DNA of 64,000 bases. Origin: Promethearchaeota archaeon. GTDB taxonomy: Archaea; Asgardarchaeota; Lokiarchaeia; Sigyniarchaeales; SOKP01. Both the position numbers and the translations under genes were made by a program. Below the pieces are notes generated by a model. That model was given only the letters and a program-made list of their open reading frames with translations. It did not search any database and had not been told where the DNA came from. The DNA is taken from assembly GCA_016840085.1 (NCBI GenBank), contig JAEOTA010000056.1:35717-99716 (forward strand), in the 5' to 3' direction. Of this stretch, positions 21,433 through 30,951 are shown in pieces; position 1 is the first letter of the stretch; the number at the start of each line of letters is the position of its first letter.

Positions 21433-22155
21433 CTATTCTCCTCTCATGATCTTCTTCAATCTATTTAACTCATCGAGCATTTCATCTCTAAGAGATCCTA
21501 AACCACCGCCTACTTGAGGAGCAGCTGCAGGTGCTGTAGGAGCTGCTGTGCCAGGAGGTCTTGGCGGTCCGCCACTAGGAGCTGTGGCAGGTGGTGCAGT
21601 TGGAGCGACAGGTCTTTTTGCAAATGTTGGTGCTTTTGGTGGACCACCACCAGCTGGAACTTTAGGGGGACCTCCACCTGAAGGAGGTAGTTTAGGGGCG
21701 GGTGGCAAATTACCACGCTTAGGGGGACCGCCACCAGGAGGTGCTTTAGGAGGACCTCCACTAGGGGGTGCCTTTGGAGGACCACCACCAGGTGGCGCTT
21801 TAGGAGGACTACCACCACTTGGAGGAGCAGGGGTAGCTGTCAGACTGGGGGGAGGTGGAGCTGCTGCTGAAGCCTCAGATGGAACTCCTCCGCTTAATAA
21901 GGAAAATAATGTGCTAGCTGCGGCTGTTTTAGCAGTATCAGGGGTTGCTGCTGCTACTATTTTTTTAGAGGAAGTACTTACTGTTTGAACTTCTTCTACA
22001 GTAATATCTTTTAAATCCTTCTGGGCTTTAGCTAAAGACTTGATAAAATCATTAATTCCTTTTACAGACTCCTCAAGATCATCAGCTAAAGAAGTTAGAC
22101 CTTTTTTCATAAAATTAATAACGCGTTCGATTTTTTTTTGCTCTTTTGAAACCAC
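21433..22155 (-). CDS. Coiled-coil + proline-rich protein with C-terminal WH2-like helix
   Basis: GTG start after GAGG; N-terminal heptad helix of about 50 aa; GGPPKAPP repeats; C-terminal SLRDEMLDELNRLKKIM. Confidence 0.85.
   Translation of the reverse strand: MVSKEQKKIERVINFMKKGLTSLADDLEESVKGINDFIKSLAKAQKDLKDITVEEVQTVSTSSKKIVAAATPDTAKTAAASTLFSLLSGGVPSEASAAAPPPPSLTATPAPPSGGSPPKAPPGGGPPKAPPSGGPPKAPPGGGPPKRGNLPPAPKLPPSGGGPPKVPAGGGPPKAPTFAKRPVAPTAPPATAPSGGPPRPPGTAAPTAPAAAPQVGGGLGSLRDEMLDELNRLKKIMRGE
21721..21830 (-). repeat. Coding tandem repeat, ~27-nt units encoding PP(S/G)GGPPKA
   Basis: Four consecutive units plus degenerate copies; synonymous differences between units; local GC far above background. 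Confidence 0.85.
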
Positions 22156-22548
22156 GTCTTACTCAATTCCTCTAATATTATTGAAAGTTTGATAAAAAGT
22201 TATTATTACTAGTAATAATCTAATATTTTAATTATATAATAAATTAATATGTATTTATATTTTTATTCCATTCTTGAATGAACTTTTAATTTGAACTAAC
22301 CAGTATTTCTGAAAAAACGTTAATTATTAAAAAACCTAAACTAATAATATTATATAACATATTTCATTAGTAATTTTTAAATTAATTACATTATAAATTC
22401 AAAAAAAAAATAAGACATAACTAAAATTTTTGCATTGGTGATTAAATATTCCTAAAAGAGAGCTCTTCATAATAGACTTAACACTCCGTTAGGTTTGTGA
22501 AAAAAGGGTATATGAAATAGTAAACGAGCTCAAAATACCACTGTTCCA

Positions 22549-22782
22549 TTGAGATCTCCTCATTTTACATTTGGAGTGGACATTGACGAGCGCGTTTATG
22601 ATAAGGTTACTTTCAGTACGGGATCGGCGATCGCATCCGTCATTTTCAAATTTGAAGAGGATGAATCTGTAATCCGAGGATTCCTCGGTCTTGCTGAATA
22701 CTTTCATACTGTTGTAATTAAGCGTAAGGACGAGTTTTTCATTCCTCATGCGTCTATATTGTTCCGTTTGATTAGCGCTTAA
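22549..22782 (+). CDS. Small hypothetical protein with uncertain 5' end
   Basis: GC-richer reading frame followed by a T-tract; frame open back to 22516, with an out-of-frame ATG at 22512. Confidence 0.65.
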   Translation: MRSPHFTFGVDIDERVYDKVTFSTGSAIASVIFKFEEDESVIRGFLGLAEYFHTVVIKRKDEFFIPHASILFRLISA

Positions 22783-22840
22783 AATTTATTTTTTTTTACT
22801 TTTATTTTATAGATTACTAATTTTATAAACGTACTACTAA

Positions 22841-23557
22841 TTAAGTCTCATTTATACTGGAGATATAATAATTTGAATTATTAATCATTTCCAATACTTC
22901 AGTCTCAGGCACATCATACCAATTTTTATAGGCATCTGCGACAGCAAACCATAGAACATCCCTAATATTAGGACAAAATAAATCATCAACTCCCTTCTCA
23001 ACCACCCTCACAGTTCTCAGAGGAGCTGTCGGAACTGCAACAAAAACTTTCGAGGGATTATATTTTTTTATCATATTAAGCGCTGCTAACATTGTAAAAC
23101 CCGAAGCTAAACCATCATCAAGAAGGAATATATATTTATTTTCAATATTTTTTTCGTAAAAATCCTCTGAAATCGAAGTTTTATCATAGAACTTTAACCT
23201 ATCACTTATTTCTTCCTTAGTTAAAACAATAGAATCTTTTATTGCTTTTCCCGATAAGCTAAGCTGATTTAATAACGGTTTATTAATTAAAATTGTACCA
23301 TCTGTAGTTACAGCTCCAAATCCTGCTTCTGTATTATACGGAATCTTAATTTTTCGAACTATTAAAATATCATATTTAATGTTAAGTTTAGAGCAAAAAC
23401 CCTCTGCAACAGGCACACCACCATTAGGAATCGCAAAACAAAAAAATTGAATATTATTTTCAAGAATACGATCTTTAAAAGAATTTCTTTCTTTTAGCAC
23501 AAAATCCGCTAAAATTTCTCCTGCTTCAAATCTAGAGTCATATCTAATGAATTTCAT
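22841..23557 (-). CDS. Phosphoribosyltransferase (type I) family protein
   Basis: IPNGGVPVA; PRPP-binding FLLDDGLASGFTM; VAVP. Confidence 0.9.
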   Translation of the reverse strand: MKFIRYDSRFEAGEILADFVLKERNSFKDRILENNIQFFCFAIPNGGVPVAEGFCSKLNIKYDILIVRKIKIPYNTEAGFGAVTTDGTILINKPLLNQLSLSGKAIKDSIVLTKEEISDRLKFYDKTSISEDFYEKNIENKYIFLLDDGLASGFTMLAALNMIKKYNPSKVFVAVPTAPLRTVRVVEKGVDDLFCPNIRDVLWFAVADAYKNWYDVPETEVLEMINNSNYYISSINET

Positions 23558-23749
23558 TATTATTAATAGTTATGTTAAACAATAATATAAAAATTATAGT
23601 TCTAAAAATCAAACACTTGAAATTATAACAGTTTTTGTGTAAAAAACTGAGCGTAGAAATATAAAATAAATTTAAATAGTTGAATTAGAATAATTAATAT
23701 AAAATTGTATTTCTAATAACAAGGATAAAAAAATAAAATTGAGGAAAAC

Positions 23750-25468
23750 ATGAAAAAAGCTAGTTTATTTGCTGCTTTAATATTAGTTACATTATTTTTA
23801 ATTCCTTTTGGAACTTTAACTGTAGCACAACCAACTAGTTATATTGGAATAGAAGAAGATAAAGAATACGAATGGAGAATCAATTTAAATATAGACGGTT
23901 TGAACGCATACATGCATAATATTGAGGGGTTATTAACTGACTTACAAACTAAAGTATCAGAATTGAACTTATCCGGCTACGAATCCCTAACTATTCCAGA
24001 AGCTATGGAAACTTTTGCTCATGAAATGCTTTCAAGTTTATTGCCTTCAAACTGGGAAGCTTTAAACATATCAACATTATTCCACAAATCTGTTGAACAT
24101 TTCATAATTGAATTTAACTCAACATTTCTTTCGGGAATGATCCCTTCTAATTGGAAATCACTAGAATATGATGCGTTTATAGATTATATAATTGATGGTC
24201 TTAATAATACGTTACCTTCAGGATGGGAAGAGTGCCCAGTTCCAGAATTAATCAAGCTTGCTGTAAATGAATTTAACAGTTCACTTTTATTCGGACTACT
24301 GCCTACAGGATGGGAAGATTTCACATTAAAAGAAATATTTGATCATGTAATACAAGAAGCAATTCCCGAATTAAAAAAGAGTTTCATAACCTATAAGATG
24401 ATATCTCAGATGATAGAAATGATACTAATGGATTTACCATCTGAAGTAGTAGATTATTCAATTGACGACCTTCTACCCATAGTTTTACCTAGCAACGTGA
24501 CAGATTTAAATCTTACATCCTTACGTGAATCTATTTGGTATTTTTTCAATAGTACTATGCCAACAGGTTGGGAATCTAAGAATATTTCTACATTAATTGA
24601 TTATCAAATTGAAGCAATTAATTACACTTTACCTCCAGGGTTCGATGAAGCAAATATATCAACCATTATAACATGGGGGATAGATGGATTAATGGAAAAT
24701 GCTACAAATAGCGTGCCTCCAGAATTATTACCTTATGGTTGGGAGAATATGACAATATCAGATTTAGCTATTGCATTGATTGAGGAGGGTAAAACCCAAT
24801 GGACAGATATAGTTTTACCACAATGGGAAACTCTCAAGCAAACCTCTGAGTTTGCAGATTATTTTCCCGATAAAATTGGTTTAAGACTCGCTATTGATCA
24901 GATCGGATCAGAAATAGAAGCCTATGTGGGTGGGCCAAAAGCATCCCCTATTGAGATGACAGCTTATATCAGTATTGATATGGAAAACTGGATAACTCTT
25001 GAAGAATTGATTTCTAATCTTACAGGACCAGTTTCTACATCTGAACCTTTAAATTATGAAGAAAATTATACATACACATCCCCTTTTGAATTTCTTCTTA
25101 ATTTTTCATATATTCCATACATAGTGGATCCATCGACTTATTCAGATGGGCAATTAGCATTATTGGATCAAGTAGTATTTACAGGAGGTTTCATCGTAGC
25201 AACAAATTATGATTGGGAAAATATTACAACTGATACGGCAATTGAAATCCAAGGAAATGTAGATGCGTTTGAGTTCTCAGCAGAATGGAATGATTACGGT
25301 CTTCTTAAACAAGCAACTTTAAAGGCAGATGGAAAAACTGCAGTTTCTATTAATTTATTTGAAGAAGTAACAGAAATTCCGGGATATGAAATGACAACAT
25401 TTATTATAGTTATTCCAATAGCTATTGTCGGTTTAATTTATTATATAAGGAAAAAAAACATTAGGTAA
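23750..25468 (+). CDS. Secreted, C-terminally anchored surface glycoprotein with LPxGW repeats
   Basis: N-terminal signal peptide; C-terminal EIPGY-TM-RKK (PGF/Loki-CTERM-like); many N-x-S/T sequons. Confidence 0.85.
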   Translation: MKKASLFAALILVTLFLIPFGTLTVAQPTSYIGIEEDKEYEWRINLNIDGLNAYMHNIEGLLTDLQTKVSELNLSGYESLTIPEAMETFAHEMLSSLLPSNWEALNISTLFHKSVEHFIIEFNSTFLSGMIPSNWKSLEYDAFIDYIIDGLNNTLPSGWEECPVPELIKLAVNEFNSSLLFGLLPTGWEDFTLKEIFDHVIQEAIPELKKSFITYKMISQMIEMILMDLPSEVVDYSIDDLLPIVLPSNVTDLNLTSLRESIWYFFNSTMPTGWESKNISTLIDYQIEAINYTLPPGFDEANISTIITWGIDGLMENATNSVPPELLPYGWENMTISDLAIALIEEGKTQWTDIVLPQWETLKQTSEFADYFPDKIGLRLAIDQIGSEIEAYVGGPKASPIEMTAYISIDMENWITLEELISNLTGPVSTSEPLNYEENYTYTSPFEFLLNFSYIPYIVDPSTYSDGQLALLDQVVFTGGFIVATNYDWENITTDTAIEIQGNVDAFEFSAEWNDYGLLKQATLKADGKTAVSINLFEEVTEIPGYEMTTFIIVIPIAIVGLIYYIRKKNIR

Positions 25469-25540
25469 ATTAAAAATCTAAAAATTTTTTTTTATTTTTG
25501 CTTTCTTAAAATTGATTAGAATTTAGAGTTTAGAATTTAG

Positions 25541-25819
25541 ATGAATTTCGCAGAATCAATCCTTTTTTTACTTATGATTGTACTATTTTTATCATCTTTG
25601 AAATCAAATACCTTTTTTATAGTTTTTGGAGCAGCTATTTATTTATTTTTTATTCTGCAATTGGCTTCATTCGACCCCATTGAAATTCTTGAAAAAATTG
25701 CTAAATATATTGTATTTAATCCTCTAGGTATACTAATATTGTTTATTCCATTAATGCTAAATGCTTTCTTTAACTATTTAAAATCGTCTTTAAAGAAGAA
25801 AAAAGAAGATACTAGTTGA
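25541..25819 (+). CDS. Small membrane protein
   Basis: Three hydrophobic segments, basic tail. Confidence 0.6.
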   Translation: MNFAESILFLLMIVLFLSSLKSNTFFIVFGAAIYLFFILQLASFDPIEILEKIAKYIVFNPLGILILFIPLMLNAFFNYLKSSLKKKKEDTS

Positions 25820-25822
25820 TTT

Positions 25823-27475
25823 TCATTCAATTGAATTTAGATTGCGAATTCCGAAAATAAACATAACACTAGCTATAGCTGATGATATTCCTAAGCTAAT
25901 CAAAATAATATAAATTAGTCCTAAATATGGATTTATTATATCTGGCACAGTTGGGATAAATATAAAAAGAGTGAGCAAAAAAGAACAAATATGTAATAAA
26001 AGAATTAAATAATTATTTGTAATTAGATTTTTTCGACGTTCTTCAAATAAGGGTCTAATACACTGAAATCCTATAGCTTGAAGAAGGATATTGGTGCTAT
26101 TTACGATATAAGTAAAGAAAAATAATAAAGAAATAAAGATATCTAATTGAAAAACAAGAGAAAAAAATAATGTCAATACTATATCAAAAGAAATTAAGAT
26201 ATACAACATAGAATACAAAAAAGAGTAAAATAACGATTTGGTTCCTTTGGGAGTCTTTTTATAAGCAAATAATAATTCTTTTGATCCAATAAAATCATAC
26301 ATTCCTACTAACAAGCCAAAGATTAATCCTCCCATCCAAGCTATAATAATTGCTATAATGTTTTTATTAAAGGTAATTTGAAAAATTATGGGAATATTTA
26401 ATGGTTCTAATGTGAATGAGAAAGCTTGATTTTCAAAAGAAACCATAATAAATATACCAAGAATACTGATCGTTCCAATAATGTATATTAATTTTGTTAG
26501 ATTTTCTCTTTTTCTTAAGAAGGATTTAAACTGGACAACAACTAATTTTTTGTATTTTGTAAGAGTAATCTTTTTAATTAATTTATGCGAAAATTTTATC
26601 TTTTCAATGAATTTTGAATCTTTCTGTGTTCCCAATCTTAAATCATAAAAAATGTATGCTTTTTTATAAGAAAGATAGAAAACTAAGATTGGAATTAAAA
26701 TAGCTAAACTTAGATTTGCCCAAATATTTAAAATATATGAATTTATGTATGTTGGATTAATAGAATATAGAATTATATTTGAATACCAAAAAGAAGGATA
26801 AAAAAAGAACCAATTTTTAAATTCTGGATGATTTCTAATAAAGTCAAACACAAAATGAAATATATAAAATATAATAATTACTAAAACTGCGATTAAAAAT
26901 AGAGATATATTGCCTAAATTTTTTAATTTTTTGCTGGAAGTAAATTTATGCTCAACCCAATTAGATACAATTGCCCCTATCAATGAGCCGAAAATAGATA
27001 AGGTAAAAAAACAAAAATAAAAAATCAGATAATGGAAAATATTCATTTGAGGATTTATTTGTAATATTAAAGCTATACCAAATGGACCAATTATCAAAAT
27101 AAATACTAAATAAAATGGTAATTGTCCCATAAATTCACCTAAGAATATGTCTCCTGGTCTGGCAGGTGTAGCTAATAATAATTCTTTTTTATCAATTTCT
27201 GCTTTTCTAAAGAGAACAAAGAGAGGATATATTACAGACATAAAAAAAAAAGTTGTAAATGTATATTCAACTAATTGAATAATGAAATTTTCTAATTGAT
27301 TTGAAAAATCTTTTATTATTTCTGGAATAATTGCATCAATAATAACGGGTCCTAAGTAAAGTGCCCAGAATAAAGCTAATGAATAGATCAAAATGAAATA
27401 TAGTCTACGATTTGTTCTTAAACGACTAGATTTTAACCGAATTTCACACTTTGCGATTGTTCTCCAAAGATTCAA
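25823..27475 (-). CDS. Putative ABC-exporter-type permease (two repeated membrane halves)
   Basis: ELLLATPARPGDIFLG and ELLFAYKKTPKG loops, about 12-14 TM; no adjacent ATPase. Confidence 0.65.
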   Translation of the reverse strand: MNLWRTIAKCEIRLKSSRLRTNRRLYFILIYSLALFWALYLGPVIIDAIIPEIIKDFSNQLENFIIQLVEYTFTTFFFMSVIYPLFVLFRKAEIDKKELLLATPARPGDIFLGEFMGQLPFYLVFILIIGPFGIALILQINPQMNIFHYLIFYFCFFTLSIFGSLIGAIVSNWVEHKFTSSKKLKNLGNISLFLIAVLVIIIFYIFHFVFDFIRNHPEFKNWFFFYPSFWYSNIILYSINPTYINSYILNIWANLSLAILIPILVFYLSYKKAYIFYDLRLGTQKDSKFIEKIKFSHKLIKKITLTKYKKLVVVQFKSFLRKRENLTKLIYIIGTISILGIFIMVSFENQAFSFTLEPLNIPIIFQITFNKNIIAIIIAWMGGLIFGLLVGMYDFIGSKELLFAYKKTPKGTKSLFYSFLYSMLYILISFDIVLTLFFSLVFQLDIFISLLFFFTYIVNSTNILLQAIGFQCIRPLFEERRKNLITNNYLILLLHICSFLLTLFIFIPTVPDIINPYLGLIYIILISLGISSAIASVMFIFGIRNLNSIE

Positions 27476-27869
27476 CTGATCTATTCTCTTTAATTTTATT
27501 AAAATAGTCTTTTCTATAATAATAAGATTATTCGGTAAATAACTTTAATATTTAGATAAAGGTATGCATTTGATTATTCCCATCTAAAATTGACTGTGGT
27601 AAATATAAAAGCTTAAATAGTTAAAAAACTTAAATAGTTATCTAAAAAGCTATAAATTATAATTAAATAATAGCTAAATATTTAATTTTTTCTATACAAC
27701 ACACAAAATATATTGATAATTTAACAATAAAAAAAAAAAATTAGTTGCACCTAAAATTTAAATATGAAGAGAAATAATTTAATTAAGAAGTTAAATAAAT
27801 AATAAAATATCTTAAAAAAATGCTTCAAAAAGATAATATTAATTCAATGGATTCTGATGAGGATGGTAG

Positions 27870-28424
27870 ATGGAGTCTCAAGATTCTAAAGGAAAAATTG
27901 TTAAAGAGACCTTCCCATCAGAGATCATATCAATTATAGGGGATATTTTTGCTGGGATTATTCTTTCTTTTTTGATTTTACCTTTTGAAAGTTTTCTTAT
28001 TTTATTATTAATGATACCAGCCCTTTTATCCTTAAGAGGGAATTTAAGCGGTCCTTTCATTGCCAGAACTTCACGTGATTTTATTATTGGAGATTTTACA
28101 AAGAGATCATGGATTGAAAATGTGTTAGCAACATATTCACTTTCGATTATAACTGCTTTTTTTATTGGTATATTTACGATTCTTTTAAATATAGCCTTTT
28201 TTAAGATATTTATACTTCATATTGGATATCTTATTGCGATACCTATAATATCAATTGTTCTAACTTTATCTATATCAATTCCTTGTTCGACAGGATTAAA
28301 CTATCTAGCTTTCAGAAAAGGTCTAAACCCAAACAACATAGTTAATCCTATTATGACGGCAATTGATGATTTTTTTACCGTTTTTTGTTTTCTTTTAACA
28401 ATTATCTTATTGGGGGTTCCATAA
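27870..28424 (+). CDS. MgtE-family integral membrane domain protein (half 1)
   Basis: IPALLSLRGN, GLNPNNIVNPIMTAIDD. Confidence 0.85.
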   Translation: MESQDSKGKIVKETFPSEIISIIGDIFAGIILSFLILPFESFLILLLMIPALLSLRGNLSGPFIARTSRDFIIGDFTKRSWIENVLATYSLSIITAFFIGIFTILLNIAFFKIFILHIGYLIAIPIISIVLTLSISIPCSTGLNYLAFRKGLNPNNIVNPIMTAIDDFFTVFCFLLTIILLGVP

Positions 28425-28975
28425 TGAAATACTTTGTAAAAATTTTCAAGGAATCGATAATAATTGTGGTAATTTCCTCCTTAATGGGATTAATCTCTGG
28501 TTCCTTATTATCTTTAAATGAAGAATTACTTTATACAATTCCAATTATTTTATTAATTCTCCCTGCTTTAAATTCACTTATAGGAGATATCTCAACTGTT
28601 CTCGTCTCTCGATTAACCACACATCTTTATATTGGAACCTTATCTCCCACAATTCAAAATTCTGAAAGATTGAAAGAAGATTTTTATGGATTACTCATTA
28701 CTCTTTTGTTAAGTTTAGTTTCTTTAATCTCTTTAGGTTATATGATTGGGGTGATTTCTGGTATAGAAATTGTTAATCCATTTTTAATGATTTTAATTAT
28801 AAGTATTACTGTTTTATTGATTTTTTTTATAATGTTTATCTTACTCTTTACAAGTGCTATATTTTTGTTTAAGCGGGGGATGGATCCGAATAATTTTTTA
28901 ATTCCATTTGTTACCTCCCTAGCAGACTTTCTAACGCCTTTTTTCTTAATTTTATTTATAATAATATTTATATAA
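28424..28975 (+). CDS. MgtE-family integral membrane domain protein (half 2)
   Basis: LPALNSLIGD, GMDPNNFLIPFVTSLAD; ATG at 28424 overlaps upstream stop (TAATG). Confidence 0.85.
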   Translation: MKYFVKIFKESIIIVVISSLMGLISGSLLSLNEELLYTIPIILLILPALNSLIGDISTVLVSRLTTHLYIGTLSPTIQNSERLKEDFYGLLITLLLSLVSLISLGYMIGVISGIEIVNPFLMILIISITVLLIFFIMFILLFTSAIFLFKRGMDPNNFLIPFVTSLADFLTPFFLILFIIIFI

Positions 28976-29012
28976 AATCAAAGTATTATGAAAAGTGAGT
29001 GATTAAAACAAC

Positions 29013-30260
29013 ATGACTAAGCCCAGTAAAAAATTTAAATATAAGCCACTTTCTTTAAAAGAGATTATTCGGGAAATGAAACAAAATATTGATTTAATGA
29101 TTGATTTGACTTATAGTGCATTAAAATTCGGAAGCAAGGAGCCTGCTGATGAGGTCTATAATATTGAACAAAGAATTCATGAGCTTACGTTTTTACTAAA
29201 TTTTCAAATAATTCAAGCTCATCCAAGGGGTTTACAAGGTGCTAAAAAATTAGAACCTATAGTCGTTATGGGTTATGCTATTGATAAAATTTCTGACGCT
29301 TTATCTGATATCGCACGAGTAGTTTATATCAATAATGATATTTCATACTTTGTCCAATTATTCAGTGATATTAGTTATGTGCCTAAACCTATAGTGAAAA
29401 TTGTTGTAAATAAAGGTTGTGAGTTTATAGGTCAGATAAGGAAAGATGTCCATTTTAGATCTAAACACGGAGTTGATCTCATCGCAATCAGAAGGGGAAA
29501 CAAATGGTTTTTTGAAAAAGACGAAAGAGTGCAATTAGGAGATATTCTAATCGTTAAAGGAGAAATCACACCAATAATGGAACTGAAAAATCTATGTATT
29601 GATCAAGAACCCTTTTCTTTTGATATAGAAAAACAAAAGGAAAAACCTTTTTTCGATCTTGAAAATCCAGATATTTGTGAAAAATTTGAAGAACTCCAAG
29701 GAAAATATGTATTAATTACTAATATTTCAGAAACTATGATCGAATTATCTTTGGCTGCCTTATTCTTTAATAATGAAGAACTTGCTGAAGATATTCTTGA
29801 AATGGAAGAATTGATGGATGGACTAAATATTGCGTTTGAAAAAGATCTATTAGATTTAGTTCAATTAATAGAATCACCTCGAGATCTTACAGGAGTTATG
29901 CGAATTATTTTTTCCTGTGAATTGATATCAGATGCTGCTGCTAATATAGCAGAGAGCATCTTAAAAGGGTTTGAACCCCATAGAATTCTGCAACAAGCTA
30001 TTCGAGAGACTTCGGAAATTGTAGTGAGAGAAACTCTATCAGAGGATTCTTATTTCAAAGATAAAACTTATGATGAACTACAAGATAGCCGTTATAAACG
30101 TGGTTTCCATATCATTGCTCTAAAACGAGAAGATAAATGGGTTTATAGTTTTAAACCTGATTTCAATTTTGAAGAAGGAGATCTACTGATAGGGTTAGGC
30201 CCTAAAGAAACGGTCTTAGAATGGAGAAGATGTGTAAATCCTGAAAAATATAACGAATAA
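29013..30260 (+). CDS. Duplicated PhoU + TrkA_C (RCK-C) domain regulator
   Basis: Two MIDL.YSAL / MIELSLAAL helical bundles, each followed by IAIRRG / IALKRE...GD.L.V.G. Confidence 0.85.
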   Translation: MTKPSKKFKYKPLSLKEIIREMKQNIDLMIDLTYSALKFGSKEPADEVYNIEQRIHELTFLLNFQIIQAHPRGLQGAKKLEPIVVMGYAIDKISDALSDIARVVYINNDISYFVQLFSDISYVPKPIVKIVVNKGCEFIGQIRKDVHFRSKHGVDLIAIRRGNKWFFEKDERVQLGDILIVKGEITPIMELKNLCIDQEPFSFDIEKQKEKPFFDLENPDICEKFEELQGKYVLITNISETMIELSLAALFFNNEELAEDILEMEELMDGLNIAFEKDLLDLVQLIESPRDLTGVMRIIFSCELISDAAANIAESILKGFEPHRILQQAIRETSEIVVRETLSEDSYFKDKTYDELQDSRYKRGFHIIALKREDKWVYSFKPDFNFEEGDLLIGLGPKETVLEWRRCVNPEKYNE

Positions 30261-30284
30261 GAAGAAAGTATTGAGACAATAACT

Positions 30285-30872
30285 ATGAAAGAAAACAATG
30301 ACAGTAAAAGATTTCACAATACTATGCTTGAAATTGCAAATCAGATAGAAAATAATGCAGAAAAAATCAATATCAATGATATATTGAATACAATTGAATT
30401 AATATTACAAAAGCATAACCAAAATAATATGATTTTCATTTATGGTGCTGGACGTTCAGGATTCATTGGAAGATGTTTTGCACAAAGACTAATGCATTTA
30501 GGAATAAGATCATGTTTTATATCCGATACTGTGACTTATCAATATACAAATAAAGATCTTCTCTTTATTATTAGTGGTAGTGGAGAAACAACTTCCTCAG
30601 CCGCAATTGCACAAAAAGCAAAAGATATAGGAGGGATGATTGTTTTACTAAGCGCCAATTCTGAAAGTACAATCGGAAAATTATCTAATTGCATAATAAA
30701 AATTTCTGGTAAAAGTAAAGATATAGCAAAAACACAAAAATCATTAGCACCTTATACAAGTTTATTTGATATCTCAGCTTTAGCAGTTTTAGACTCAATA
30801 GGAGGGACTTTAATGAATATCTTAGATGTCACAGAAGCAGATATTGATAAAAGGCATGCCTCCATTGAATAA
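30285..30872 (+). CDS. SIS-domain protein, 6-phospho-3-hexuloisomerase-like
   Basis: YGAGRSG...FAQRLMHLG, ISGSGET, terminal RHASIE. Confidence 0.88.
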   Translation: MKENNDSKRFHNTMLEIANQIENNAEKININDILNTIELILQKHNQNNMIFIYGAGRSGFIGRCFAQRLMHLGIRSCFISDTVTYQYTNKDLLFIISGSGETTSSAAIAQKAKDIGGMIVLLSANSESTIGKLSNCIIKISGKSKDIAKTQKSLAPYTSLFDISALAVLDSIGGTLMNILDVTEADIDKRHASIE

Positions 30873-30951
30873 ATAATTATAAACTAGCAGTTAAAATTTT
30901 ATACTTAAAAAAATATAATTATTTTAAGTAAGAAAGTGTAAATTTAATGTT

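Noticed and set aside
21721-21830. CRISPR-like periodic repeat
   Set aside because: No unique spacers; in-frame coding repeat with synonymous variation
21548-21988. Gly-rich ORF on + strand (and alternate-frame ORF 21510..21818)
   Set aside because: Antisense or frame shadows of the GC-rich Pro-repeat gene, whose codons lack stops in other frames
22495-22515. Two in-frame TGA codons upstream of the small ORF as selenocysteine
   Set aside because: No Cys/redox context, no convincing start and no SECIS-like hairpin that I could identify
22489-22749. Minus-strand 86-aa ORF
   Set aside because: Fully overlaps the + ORF, which has the more protein-like sequence and a downstream T-tract; not rigorously excluded
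23750-25468. LPxGWE motifs as WW domains binding the nearby Pro-rich protein
   Set aside because: No YY/second W beta-sheet pattern, followed by helices, and the protein is extracellular
27612-27640. Direct repeat CTTAAATAGTTA x2 in the intergenic region
   Set aside because: TATA-like AT-rich sequence, plausible by chance at this composition; no assignable regulator
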